Assembly (NCBI GenBank): GCA_902782835.1
Contig: CACZOQ010000113.1
Location: forward strand, 1 to 44,384
DNA: 44,384 nucleotides
Reading direction: 5' to 3'
From: an uncultured Erysipelotrichaceae bacterium
GTDB lineage: Bacteria; Bacillota_I; Bacilli_A; RF39; UBA660
This document shows, piece after piece, positions 35,889-44,349 of this stretch (positions within the stretch are counted from its first letter, which is position 1; the number at the start of each line of letters is the position of its first letter). The position numbers and the translations under genes are program-made. The notes under the pieces are model-generated. The model searched no databases, was not told where the DNA came from, and saw only the letters and a program-made list of their open reading frames with translations.

Positions 35889-37256
35889 ATGGCAAAAAAG
35901 AAGACAAAAAAAACACGTAAAAAACATGTTTTAAGTAAATTTGAATTTCTATTTAACTTCTTTAGTTTAGTCATTGTAATAGGAATAGGATTTTATTTTG
36001 GGTATAGAAGTTTATATTATTATAGTAAACAAAATTTAAAAATAAAGGAAGAATCTCAAACTCTTAATGGACTTGTTATTCGTAATAATACTGTGGTACA
36101 AGGAGATGAAGAAGGTCTTCATCAGGATTCTTTAGGGTATTTTTTTAAAGGAAAAGTTCATAATAATTATGTTATGTTTGATCATAAAGTATTTCGAATT
36201 ATCCGGGTGAATAAAGATAATACAGTAAAGGTTATTGCGGAAGACTATGTGGCTTCTTTTCCATTTGGAAATACTAGTAGTTATCAAACTTCTAATGTTC
36301 GAAATTGGTTAGAGAAGACGGAAATGGATTATTCAGGTGTTTATTATCGTACCTTATCTAATCCATCTCAATATCTTGAGAAAACAGAGTATCAAGAAGA
36401 TATTTTGAAAGGAAATGAAGTTGTTTCTGCTGATCAATCTTTCCAAGATTTTATTTCTACTTTAACTATTAAAGATTATATTATGGCTAATGGAAAGAGT
36501 AGTTTTCTGAATAATGGTAAAATGTTCTTTTTGCTAGGTTTAAGTGAAGATAAAGAAAATATATATGTAGAAGAAGATGGAAGTATTCAAAGTTGTGATT
36601 CTTTAAGTGGTTTTGGAATTCGTCCAGTTATTACCTTTAAAAAGAATTCTATTGTGACAGGTGGAGATGGAACAAAAGGAAATCCTTATGTGATATCTCA
36701 AAGTGATAATAGTTATATTGATACATATGTAAGACTTGGGGAAGATACTTGGAGAGTATTTGAAGATCAAAATGATAAATTAAAATTATATACGTATGGA
36801 TATCTTAAAATGCAAGGACAAGAAGTCTTTCGGAATTATAGTACAACTAATAGCATTTTCAATCTTGAAGATAAGGATAATATTGCTTATTTTTTAAATA
36901 CTACGTATTTGAATAGCTTGACATTTGTTGGCTATTTGGTTGATAATGATTATTATGTTGGTGAAATTAGTGATGATGTTGGTTATTCTTTTACCAATAT
37001 TTATTCAAGTAAGGTTACTTGTAAAGTAGGTCTTTTGAATATATTTGATTATAATTCTAATAATTATTTTGATGATTATTTCCATTTGAATTTAACTTCA
37101 AATGTTGGTAGTATGCAATATAATATTTATATGAATGGTCTGTTAGAAGAGGCAGATGTTCGTGAAGAAAAACATATTGCGCCGGTTGTTTCTATTTTAA
37201 AAAGTAGTATTAAAGGTGGAACAGGAACGGTAGAAGACCCTTATGTTGTGGAGTGA
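35889..37256 (+). CDS. membrane-anchored extracellular protein with two DUF6273-like modules
   Basis: Lys-rich N-terminus plus a TM helix. Two modules end in GFGIRPVITFKKNS / GGDGTKGNPYVI and KHIAPVVSILKSS / GGTGTVEDPYVV. The G-x-G-T-x-x-[ND]-P-Y-V motif is shared with the giant ORF N-terminus. Confidence 0.5.
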   Translation: MAKKKTKKTRKKHVLSKFEFLFNFFSLVIVIGIGFYFGYRSLYYYSKQNLKIKEESQTLNGLVIRNNTVVQGDEEGLHQDSLGYFFKGKVHNNYVMFDHKVFRIIRVNKDNTVKVIAEDYVASFPFGNTSSYQTSNVRNWLEKTEMDYSGVYYRTLSNPSQYLEKTEYQEDILKGNEVVSADQSFQDFISTLTIKDYIMANGKSSFLNNGKMFFLLGLSEDKENIYVEEDGSIQSCDSLSGFGIRPVITFKKNSIVTGGDGTKGNPYVISQSDNSYIDTYVRLGEDTWRVFEDQNDKLKLYTYGYLKMQGQEVFRNYSTTNSIFNLEDKDNIAYFLNTTYLNSLTFVGYLVDNDYYVGEISDDVGYSFTNIYSSKVTCKVGLLNIFDYNSNNYFDDYFHLNLTSNVGSMQYNIYMNGLLEEADVREEKHIAPVVSILKSSIKGGTGTVEDPYVVE

Positions 37257-38341
37257 TGTTTGTGGCAAAAATACGAAAGAAAAAACTTAGACTGAGACGT
37301 ATAAGCAAATTTACCATTCTAATTTTATTATTAGATATTCTTGTTATAGATGGTCTTATTATCATTCATAATGATGATTTTAAAGCTTTTTGGATTCCAA
37401 CAGCAATGACTACAATGTCTCATAAATATTTAGCATATACATTATATGATGAAGATACTGTTAATAAAGTTATGAGTGAAAATTATATTGAAAAAAGTTC
37501 AGAAGAGATTCGATTGGATGAAATTACGATTGGTAATACAAAAGAGAAAACTCATTATACGAATAAGTATGAAAAAGAATTATTTACTCGTGATGAGGGA
37601 AATGATGTTTATAAGACAATTCGAATTATAGAACCAAAATATAAAGGATGGTTAATAGCAATTTATGATCCTAGCGATGTAACTTTAGCTGTTTCTTCTA
37701 AGTTAGGAAAAAGTGGACAATCTGTTAATACTTTAGTTAAGAATAATAATGGACTTGTTGGTATTAATGGCGGAGGATTTGAGGATTTAGATGGCTGGGG
37801 TAATGGATCTGTTCCTTATGGTTCTATTATCAAAGATAGAAAATTAATTTGGACTCATGCTGGTGGATCTGGTGGTTTAATTGGTTTTACAGATGAGCAC
37901 AAAATGTATTTAACGTATAAATCTCCAGAAGAAGCTATTCAAGATGGAATGATTGAAGCTGTTGATTTTGGGCCTTTCCTAATTGTAAATGGAAAAACGA
38001 GTAAAATTCATGGTGATGGTGGTTGGGGAACAGCACCAAGAAGTGTGATTGCTCAAAGAAAAGATGGGGTTGTATTATTCCTTATTATTGAGGGAAGACT
38101 TCCAGGTTATAGTACTGGTGCTACGATGAATGATGTCATTGATGTATTATTACGTTATAAGGCTTATAATGCTGCTAACTTAGATGGTGGTGCTTCTAGT
38201 ACGATGAGTATTGAAGGAAAACTTTGGAATAGACCTAGTGCTGGTGCTGAGTATGGTGGAAGAACCGTATCGAATGCTTGGATTGTTACGAATGCTCAGA
38301 ATAAACCAGCTTTAGCTCCTAATAAAAATAATTATAAATAG
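37256..38341 (+). CDS. phosphodiester glycosidase family protein (DUF2233/NAGPA-like), second paralogue
   Basis: ATG 37256 overlaps TGA 37254-37256. N-terminal TM, then GINGGGF, PRSVIAQRKDGVVLFLIIEGR and AANLDGGASS. Collinear with 33768-34790. Confidence 0.75.
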   Translation: MFVAKIRKKKLRLRRISKFTILILLLDILVIDGLIIIHNDDFKAFWIPTAMTTMSHKYLAYTLYDEDTVNKVMSENYIEKSSEEIRLDEITIGNTKEKTHYTNKYEKELFTRDEGNDVYKTIRIIEPKYKGWLIAIYDPSDVTLAVSSKLGKSGQSVNTLVKNNNGLVGINGGGFEDLDGWGNGSVPYGSIIKDRKLIWTHAGGSGGLIGFTDEHKMYLTYKSPEEAIQDGMIEAVDFGPFLIVNGKTSKIHGDGGWGTAPRSVIAQRKDGVVLFLIIEGRLPGYSTGATMNDVIDVLLRYKAYNAANLDGGASSTMSIEGKLWNRPSAGAEYGGRTVSNAWIVTNAQNKPALAPNKNNYK

Positions 38342-38363
38342 AGGGAATTCTCTCTATTTTTTT
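38338..38363 (+). terminator. rho-independent terminator
   Basis: ATAGAGGG (38338-38345), loop AATT, CTCTCTAT (38350-38357; one G-U), T-run to 38363. Confidence 0.55.
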
Positions 38364-38384
38364 GTGGCTTGTATTTTTTGATTA

Positions 38385-38393
38385 TGCTATAAT
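38385..38393 (+). promoter_or_regulatory. candidate extended -10 element (TGcTATAAT)
   Basis: TGCTATAAT at 38385-38393, 15 nt upstream of ATG 38409. Confidence 0.35.
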
Positions 38394-38408
38394 GAAAGTG
38401 GTGAGGGT

Positions 38409-39569
38409 ATGAATAAAACTACCATTGGATTATTTAATGATTCTTTTATGCCAATGACAGATGGAGTCGGAATGGTTGTCGATAATTATGCTAGACGACT
38501 TTGTAAAAAGTGTAACGTGATTGTTTTTGTTCCGAATTATCGAGAAAAATTTGATGATCAAAAATTGCCCTATAAAATAATACGGTGTCGTAGTATAAAA
38601 ATTCCTTTTTTAGATTATTCTTTACCGTTACCATTTTTGGATTCTCATTTTCGAAAAGAAGTTAAGAATAGCCATTTGGATTTGATTCATATTCATTCCC
38701 CTTTTTCTATCGGAAAATATGCAGTTCGCTTTGGAAAGAAGAATAAGATTCCTGTTATTGGAACAATACATAGCCAATACAAACAAGATTTTTTGCGGGC
38801 TGTCCGAATAAAATGGTTTGCATCTTTATTAACAAAAAGAGTTGTTCATCTGTTTGATCAATGTACAAAATGTTTTGCAGTTAATTCTGGAATGGCGGAA
38901 TTATATTATCGGGAATATGGGACAAAAGAGAAACCATCTGTATTGGGTAATGCTACAGAGATGGTTTATCAAGATCATATTTCTGAATCTTGTCGGAGAA
39001 TTAATCAATTATGGAATCTTTCACCCAAAGACAAAGTTTTTTTATTCGTAGGTAGAATCAATCGATTGAAGAATATATTCTATTTAGTAGATTGCCTATA
39101 TTTATTAAATCAAAGAAAATTGAATTATACTTATAAAATGCTTTTTGTTGGTGATGGACAAGATTTTACTGAATTAAAACATTATATATATAAAAAGAAA
39201 ATGACTGATTCTATTATTTTATGTGGCGGTGTAAAAGATAGAGAACTATTAAGAGATTATTATGTAAGAAGCGATTTGTTCTTATTTCCTTCGAACTATG
39301 ATGCTTCTAGTATTGTGCAGATTGAAGCGGCTAGTCAAAAAGTTCCTACAATCTTTTTAAAAGGATCTATTACTAGTTCGGATGTTGTTTCTATGAAAAA
39401 TGGTGTTATTGCTAATGGAAAAAAGGATTTTGCTGATAAAATTGATCAGTTAATGAACAATCCAAAGTTATATAAAACAATTAAGGAAGGGGCTTATCAA
39501 GATATTTATAGAAATTGGGACATGGTTGTTGATGATGTATTTTCTATTTATCTTGAAATGATTCATTAG
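38409..39569 (+). CDS. GT4-family glycosyltransferase, glycolipid (MGlcDAG/DGlcDAG) synthase-like
   Basis: The N-terminus IGLFNDSFMPMTDGVGMVVDNYARRL is typical of the lipid glycosyltransferase GT4 subgroup. The C-terminal half has FVGRINRLKN...PSNYDASSIVQIEAAS. Confidence 0.65.
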   Translation: MNKTTIGLFNDSFMPMTDGVGMVVDNYARRLCKKCNVIVFVPNYREKFDDQKLPYKIIRCRSIKIPFLDYSLPLPFLDSHFRKEVKNSHLDLIHIHSPFSIGKYAVRFGKKNKIPVIGTIHSQYKQDFLRAVRIKWFASLLTKRVVHLFDQCTKCFAVNSGMAELYYREYGTKEKPSVLGNATEMVYQDHISESCRRINQLWNLSPKDKVFLFVGRINRLKNIFYLVDCLYLLNQRKLNYTYKMLFVGDGQDFTELKHYIYKKKMTDSIILCGGVKDRELLRDYYVRSDLFLFPSNYDASSIVQIEAASQKVPTIFLKGSITSSDVVSMKNGVIANGKKDFADKIDQLMNNPKLYKTIKEGAYQDIYRNWDMVVDDVFSIYLEMIH

Positions 39570-39576
39570 GTGTAAT

Positions 39577-40428
39577 ATGGGATTATTTAATAAAAATCGA
39601 AGAGATGGAAGACTTGTAAAACCTGAGGGTGCTATTGCAGTGTTGTTTCCTTATATTTTTCCTCGCAGAACAGATGCTGAGGTATCTACTACGATTGAAT
39701 TTGATTTGGAAGAGTTGTGTAAGTATGTTGATCGCTATAATAAAAGTGGTAAGTTGGAATATAAAATGACTTATTTTCATGCGATTATGGCATGTTTTGG
39801 TGTTGTTTTTTTCAATCGTAAAAAATTAAATCGTTTTATTCAGAATAAACGAGTATATGAAAGAGATTCTATTATTTTTTCTTTTATTGCGAAAGATAAA
39901 ATGTCTGATGATGCAGATGAAAAAATAATTTGTTTGGAATTAGATCCTAATGATAATGCTTTAGATATGAGTAGAAAAATGGCGATTGATGTATTTCAGT
40001 CTAAACAGGAAGGAAAAAATGATTTTGATGATACTTTATCTATTTTTACGAAGATGCCTAGTTGGATGTTAAGCTTAGTTGTTTCTTTTGTTAAGTTTTT
40101 AGATAAGCATGGTTGGAATCCTAAAGCTTTAACAGAGGGTGATACCAATTATTCCACGGTAATTTTTAGTAATTTAGGAAGTATACATTCTAATTCTTGC
40201 TATCATCATTTGAATGAATATGGTACAAATTCCATTGTTATTACGATTGGCACAATTAAAGAAGTAAAAGGTAGAAGAATTGTAGATCTTACATTTACAT
40301 TGGATGAGAGAATTGCAGATGGTTTTTATTTTGCCAAAAGTGTGAATATGGCGCAAGAGGTTGCTAATCATCCAGAAGTATTAGATGAAAAATTGAGTCA
40401 AGTGTTTCCGTTTGAAGAAGATGAATAG
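39577..40428 (+). CDS. 2-oxoacid dehydrogenase E2/CAT-fold acyltransferase-like protein with a variant active-site motif (DER instead of DHR)
   Basis: The C-terminal VDLTFTLDERIADGFYFAKSV...HPEVL matches the E2 catalytic-domain signature (s-x-DHR-x-x-DG-x-x-x-a-x-F...P), but Glu (GAG, 40307-40309) replaces the catalytic His. Confidence 0.5.
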   Translation: MGLFNKNRRDGRLVKPEGAIAVLFPYIFPRRTDAEVSTTIEFDLEELCKYVDRYNKSGKLEYKMTYFHAIMACFGVVFFNRKKLNRFIQNKRVYERDSIIFSFIAKDKMSDDADEKIICLELDPNDNALDMSRKMAIDVFQSKQEGKNDFDDTLSIFTKMPSWMLSLVVSFVKFLDKHGWNPKALTEGDTNYSTVIFSNLGSIHSNSCYHHLNEYGTNSIVITIGTIKEVKGRRIVDLTFTLDERIADGFYFAKSVNMAQEVANHPEVLDEKLSQVFPFEEDE

Positions 40429-40439
40429 TCTTCTTTTTT
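40414..40439 (+). terminator. terminator-like hairpin overlapping the stop codon
   Basis: GAAGAAGA (40414-40421), loop TGAATAG, TCTTCTT(T) (40429-40436), T-run to 40439. Confidence 0.4.
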
Positions 40440-40513
40440 GCTTACTGTTGTTTTCTTGTTTGAAAAATGATAGAATAAAACTAGAGTGTAAATAAGAGGT
40501 GAAGGTCGTTTAT

Positions 40514-42124
40514 ATGAAAAAAAAGAAACAGAAAAATAGTTCTTCTTGGGTTATCGGTTTTATCATTGTTGTTATTTGTTGGAGCATCTTTTCTTCTTTA
40601 ATGGAAGATAATGAACCCATTGAAAATTATCAATATTCTTCGAAGACTTTTAATTTAATTTCTAGTTCTGAGAATAAAATATTTGATTCGGAAATACAAA
40701 AGTTTGCTGCTAAAGAAGGATTCTCTATTCATATTGAGTATGATGATACTTTAAAAATTATCAAGAGATTGAATAAGGGAGAATTATATGATGCTGTATG
40801 GTTATCTAATTCTATTTGGATGTATTCTGTAGATACTTCTAAAGTGAAAATATCTGATACAAAATTTACAAGTATTAATCCTATTGTTTTTGCAATTCGT
40901 AAATCGAAAGCAGATGAACTTGGTTTTGTAGATAAAACTTTGTATACGCAAGATATTGTGAATGCTGTACAAGATGGAAAGTTAAAGTTTAGCATGTCCA
41001 ATCCGGTTACTACTAATAGTGGTGCTAGTGCTTATTTAGGCCTTCTAACAACATTGGCTGGAAATCCTGAAGTATTAACCAGTGATATGTTACAGGAAGA
41101 ATCTTTAAAAGAAAAATTAAAAGAATTCTTTAAAGGTGTTGAACGTTCTTCTGGTAATGAAGATTATTTAGAGGAATTATTTGTTAAAGGTGATTATGAA
41201 GCTGTTTTTACTTATGAATCATCTATTATTAATATTAACAAGTCTTTAGCAAAGAAAAATAAAGAGTCATTATATGCTTTATATCCCGTTGATGGTGTAT
41301 CCATTTCTGATAGTCCAATTGGTTATATTGATCAGAAGGATGAACGCAAAAAAGAAAATTATGATAAATTAGTAGAGTTTTTAGCAGGTAAAAAAGGGCA
41401 GGCCTTATTAGCAAAATATGGCCGTAGAACTTGGTATGGTGGAATTACAGAATCTGCTGACTTAAAAGTGTTTAATCCAGAGTGGGGGATTGATACTAAA
41501 CATTATATTTCCCCATTGAAGTATCCTTCTACTTCTGTTATTAAAGAAGCTTTAGCTTTATATCAGAGTAGTATTCGTAAACCTGTTCATGTTGTTTTCT
41601 GTCTAGATTATTCTGGTAGTATGGCAGGTTCTAGAATTAAAGAATTACGAGATGCAATGGATTATATTTTGACAGATCGGGCACAAGATGAATTATTACA
41701 ATTTACTGGTGAAGATATTGTGGAAATTGTTCCTTTCTCTTTTGAGTATGAAGAAGTATGGCATTCTAATAGTGAAGAAGGAATGAAAGAATTATTGAGA
41801 AAAATTAATGCAAAAAATCCAAATGGGGCAACGGCTCTTTATCCAGCAGTGGAAAGAGGAATTTGGTTATTAGCTCCTGAAGATAGAGAACGATATAATA
41901 CTTCTATTATTGTTATGACGGATGGGGAAGGAAATATTGGAAGCTTTGATGAGTTGAAGAAAACATATAAGGAACTTCCTAATGATATTCCAATCTATTC
42001 AATTCAGTTTGGGGCTGCAAGCCGTAGACAATTAGACAAATTAGCCGATTTATCTAATGGAAAAGTATTTGATGGAACTACCAATTTAATTGATGCATTC
42101 ATGGAAGTTCGTGGATATAATTAG
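40514..42124 (+). CDS. membrane-anchored solute-binding-like (PBP-fold) domain fused to a von Willebrand factor A (vWA) domain
   Basis: ATG 40514 is preceded by GAAGG. The GTG at 40499 lies in the RBS. TM helix, then a PBP-like region (SMSNPVTTNSGASAYLGLL). The vWA MIDAS is VVFCLDYSGSMAG...GATALYPAV...IIVMTDGEGN. Confidence 0.7.
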   Translation: MKKKKQKNSSSWVIGFIIVVICWSIFSSLMEDNEPIENYQYSSKTFNLISSSENKIFDSEIQKFAAKEGFSIHIEYDDTLKIIKRLNKGELYDAVWLSNSIWMYSVDTSKVKISDTKFTSINPIVFAIRKSKADELGFVDKTLYTQDIVNAVQDGKLKFSMSNPVTTNSGASAYLGLLTTLAGNPEVLTSDMLQEESLKEKLKEFFKGVERSSGNEDYLEELFVKGDYEAVFTYESSIININKSLAKKNKESLYALYPVDGVSISDSPIGYIDQKDERKKENYDKLVEFLAGKKGQALLAKYGRRTWYGGITESADLKVFNPEWGIDTKHYISPLKYPSTSVIKEALALYQSSIRKPVHVVFCLDYSGSMAGSRIKELRDAMDYILTDRAQDELLQFTGEDIVEIVPFSFEYEEVWHSNSEEGMKELLRKINAKNPNGATALYPAVERGIWLLAPEDRERYNTSIIVMTDGEGNIGSFDELKKTYKELPNDIPIYSIQFGAASRRQLDKLADLSNGKVFDGTTNLIDAFMEVRGYN

Positions 42125-42134
42125 GAGGTAGTTT

Positions 42135-42761
42135 ATGAAGAATAAAGAAATTATTTCTGCTGGTTTAGGTGGAGTCTTCTTTGCCGTTCCTTATTTAGCT
42201 TTATCTATTCCTATTTGGCCGTCTTTACTGATAGGGGCAGCTGCTTTTGGGGCTGGTGAGTTAGTATTTGGAGAGACAAAATTGACACTTAGAGATACGA
42301 ATCGTAGTTTATATGATATGTTAGAAAAATCTAAAAAGCAGAATAAACATATTATTGATATGATTCCTTTGATTGAAGATGAAAAGATACGAAAACAATT
42401 AAATGAAATCCATGATTCTGTATCTAAAATTATAAATACTATTTCAAAAAATCCAGAAAAAGCAAAAATGGCTGATAACTTTTTTGATTATTATCTTCCA
42501 ATAACGATTAAATTAATTGATCGATATGATGAAATTGAAAATCAAAAATTAACTTCGGAAGAAAGTAATGCGTTTTTTCGTTCTACTAATAAGATGATTG
42601 GTGAAATTAATAAAGCTTATAAAAAAATATTAGATAATTTATATCGAAAAGAAATTGTGGATATGGATGCTGAAATGAAAGTATTTGATTCATTGCTGAA
42701 GGCAGATGGATTTAATGATGCGGAATTTCCAGTAAAGAAGGAGGAAGAAAAACATGAATAA
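42135..42761 (+). CDS. XpaC-like (5-bromo-4-chloroindolyl phosphate hydrolysis family) membrane protein
   Basis: RBS AGGAGG. Two N-terminal TM helices plus a helical cytoplasmic domain of about 150 aa. Its size, architecture and location beside a TelA/YaaN-like gene mirror B. subtilis xpaC-yaaN. Sequence-level assignment is not verified. Confidence 0.45.
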   Translation: MKNKEIISAGLGGVFFAVPYLALSIPIWPSLLIGAAAFGAGELVFGETKLTLRDTNRSLYDMLEKSKKQNKHIIDMIPLIEDEKIRKQLNEIHDSVSKIINTISKNPEKAKMADNFFDYYLPITIKLIDRYDEIENQKLTSEESNAFFRSTNKMIGEINKAYKKILDNLYRKEIVDMDAEMKVFDSLLKADGFNDAEFPVKKEEEKHE

Positions 42762-43956
42762 AAAGAAAATTACCGGTATTGTTATTTTTGTAGTACTTGT
42801 TTTAGTGATTGTTGGTATCAAAGTTTTTTCGAATTATCGAGGTGGAGAAACGATTAAAGGTCTTACGACTGTTTACGTTGCCACTGGTGGAGGAAAAGAA
42901 GACTTTCTAGCGGATGAAGAAGTACTTAAGATATTACGAAAAAAATATAAATTAAATGTGGTCTTTGATAGTTGGAGTAATGGAAAAACAGTTCAACTTC
43001 CATTGATTCGTGAGTCTGTTGGTCTAGGAAATGAATCCATTGCGAATGATATCACAAGTGGCAATGATACGTATACCATTCATTCTTCTGGCGTTTCTAC
43101 TTATGATGCATTATTTACTTCTGACCAAAGATTTTATGATTATTATAAATTATGGCCAGATAAAGAGAAAAATGAAGCAGATCGTTATAATGTCAAAGGT
43201 GGTAGTTTAACTTTAAATACTCCAATTGTTATTTATAGTTGGCAAAAAGTAGTGGATGCTTTAAAGAATGAGGGAATTGTTACTGAAACGGATGGTATTT
43301 CTTATATTAGCGATATGAATAAGTTAATGGATTATATCTTAGAAGGAAAGAAATGGTCAGATTTAGGACTTCCTGAATTATATGGAAAAGTAAATATTGC
43401 TTCTACTGATCCTGTTACTTCCTCACCGGGTGCTACTTATTATGGATTGTTACTTTCAACATTAACGGAAGGTCAAGTAACTGATGAAAATCTTCATGAT
43501 AATTTACCAAAATTGAAACAATTTTATATACAATCTGGATATATGAATAATACTCCAGCAGATTTATTTGAAAGATATTTAAAAACCGGTATGGGTGGTC
43601 AACCTATGATTGTGGATTATGAAAAGAGTATTATTGATTTTGCTAATTCCAATCCTGATGGTTTTGAACAAGTAAAAAATGATATTCGAATCTTATATCC
43701 TTCCCCAACGATTTGGAATTCACACTGTTATGCTTATTTTACCGATAAAGGTAAAAAACTATATGAAGCGTTTGATGATAAAAATATTCAGCAAATTGCT
43801 TGGGAAAAATATGGGTTCCGTACAGGTATCACAGGAGGAAGTTATGATGTTTCTTCTGTTGGAATCGGAGTCCCACAAACTATTAGTAGTACAGTATCCA
43901 GCTTAAAAATGGATATTTATAATCAATTAATCGATTATTTAGGAAATGGAGAGTAA
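42754..43956 (+). CDS. membrane-anchored solute-binding-like (PBP-fold) protein, paralogue of the N-terminal half of 40514-42124
   Basis: N-terminal TM. IASTDPVTSSPGATYYGLLLSTLTEG parallels SMSNPVTTNSGASAYLGLLTTLAG in the vWA fusion protein. It overlaps the upstream gene by 8 nt. Confidence 0.6.
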   Translation: MNKKKITGIVIFVVLVLVIVGIKVFSNYRGGETIKGLTTVYVATGGGKEDFLADEEVLKILRKKYKLNVVFDSWSNGKTVQLPLIRESVGLGNESIANDITSGNDTYTIHSSGVSTYDALFTSDQRFYDYYKLWPDKEKNEADRYNVKGGSLTLNTPIVIYSWQKVVDALKNEGIVTETDGISYISDMNKLMDYILEGKKWSDLGLPELYGKVNIASTDPVTSSPGATYYGLLLSTLTEGQVTDENLHDNLPKLKQFYIQSGYMNNTPADLFERYLKTGMGGQPMIVDYEKSIIDFANSNPDGFEQVKNDIRILYPSPTIWNSHCYAYFTDKGKKLYEAFDDKNIQQIAWEKYGFRTGITGGSYDVSSVGIGVPQTISSTVSSLKMDIYNQLIDYLGNGE

Positions 43957-43959
43957 AGT

Positions 43960-44349
43960 ATGAATGGATTAGAATTAAAATTAGAAAGTGCAAAAGTAGA
44001 AAAAAAAGTTGAAGATTTAGCGACTAGTACTGAAAAAGTCACAGAAAAGAAAGTAGAGGAATCTCTAAATTATGATTTATTGAGTTCTGAAGAGAAAAAA
44101 GCAATTGATGAATTTGTAGAAAAAATTGATGTGTTTGATTCTACGCAAGTTCTTCAGTTTGGTGCTTCTTCTCAAGCTAAAATATCTGAGTTCTCTGATT
44201 CTGTGTTAGAAGATGTTAAAACGAAAAATACAGGTGCTGTTGGAGATTTATTAGCTGATTTGGTTGCTCAAATAAAGTCATTTGATGGAGATGTCGCAAA
44301 AGAGCCTAAAGGACTTGGAAAGCTTTTCTCAAATGCCAAAAAAGAATAA
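43960..44349 (+). CDS. TelA/YaaN-family (toxic anion resistance) protein, N-terminal part ending at an in-frame TAA. Homology continues after the stop, so it may be a pseudogene or a sequencing error.
   Basis: LSSEEKKAIDEFVEKID...QVLQFGASSQAKISEFSDSVLEDVKTKNTGAVGDLLADLV aligns by eye with B. subtilis YaaN (LPEENQQRAMQLAEQID...[39 protein letters not shown]). After TAA 44347-44349 the same frame reads DKIIAKYSKIE, matching YaaN LQEVLSKYQKTSVQID. Confidence 0.65.
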   Translation: MNGLELKLESAKVEKKVEDLATSTEKVTEKKVEESLNYDLLSSEEKKAIDEFVEKIDVFDSTQVLQFGASSQAKISEFSDSVLEDVKTKNTGAVGDLLADLVAQIKSFDGDVAKEPKGLGKLFSNAKKE

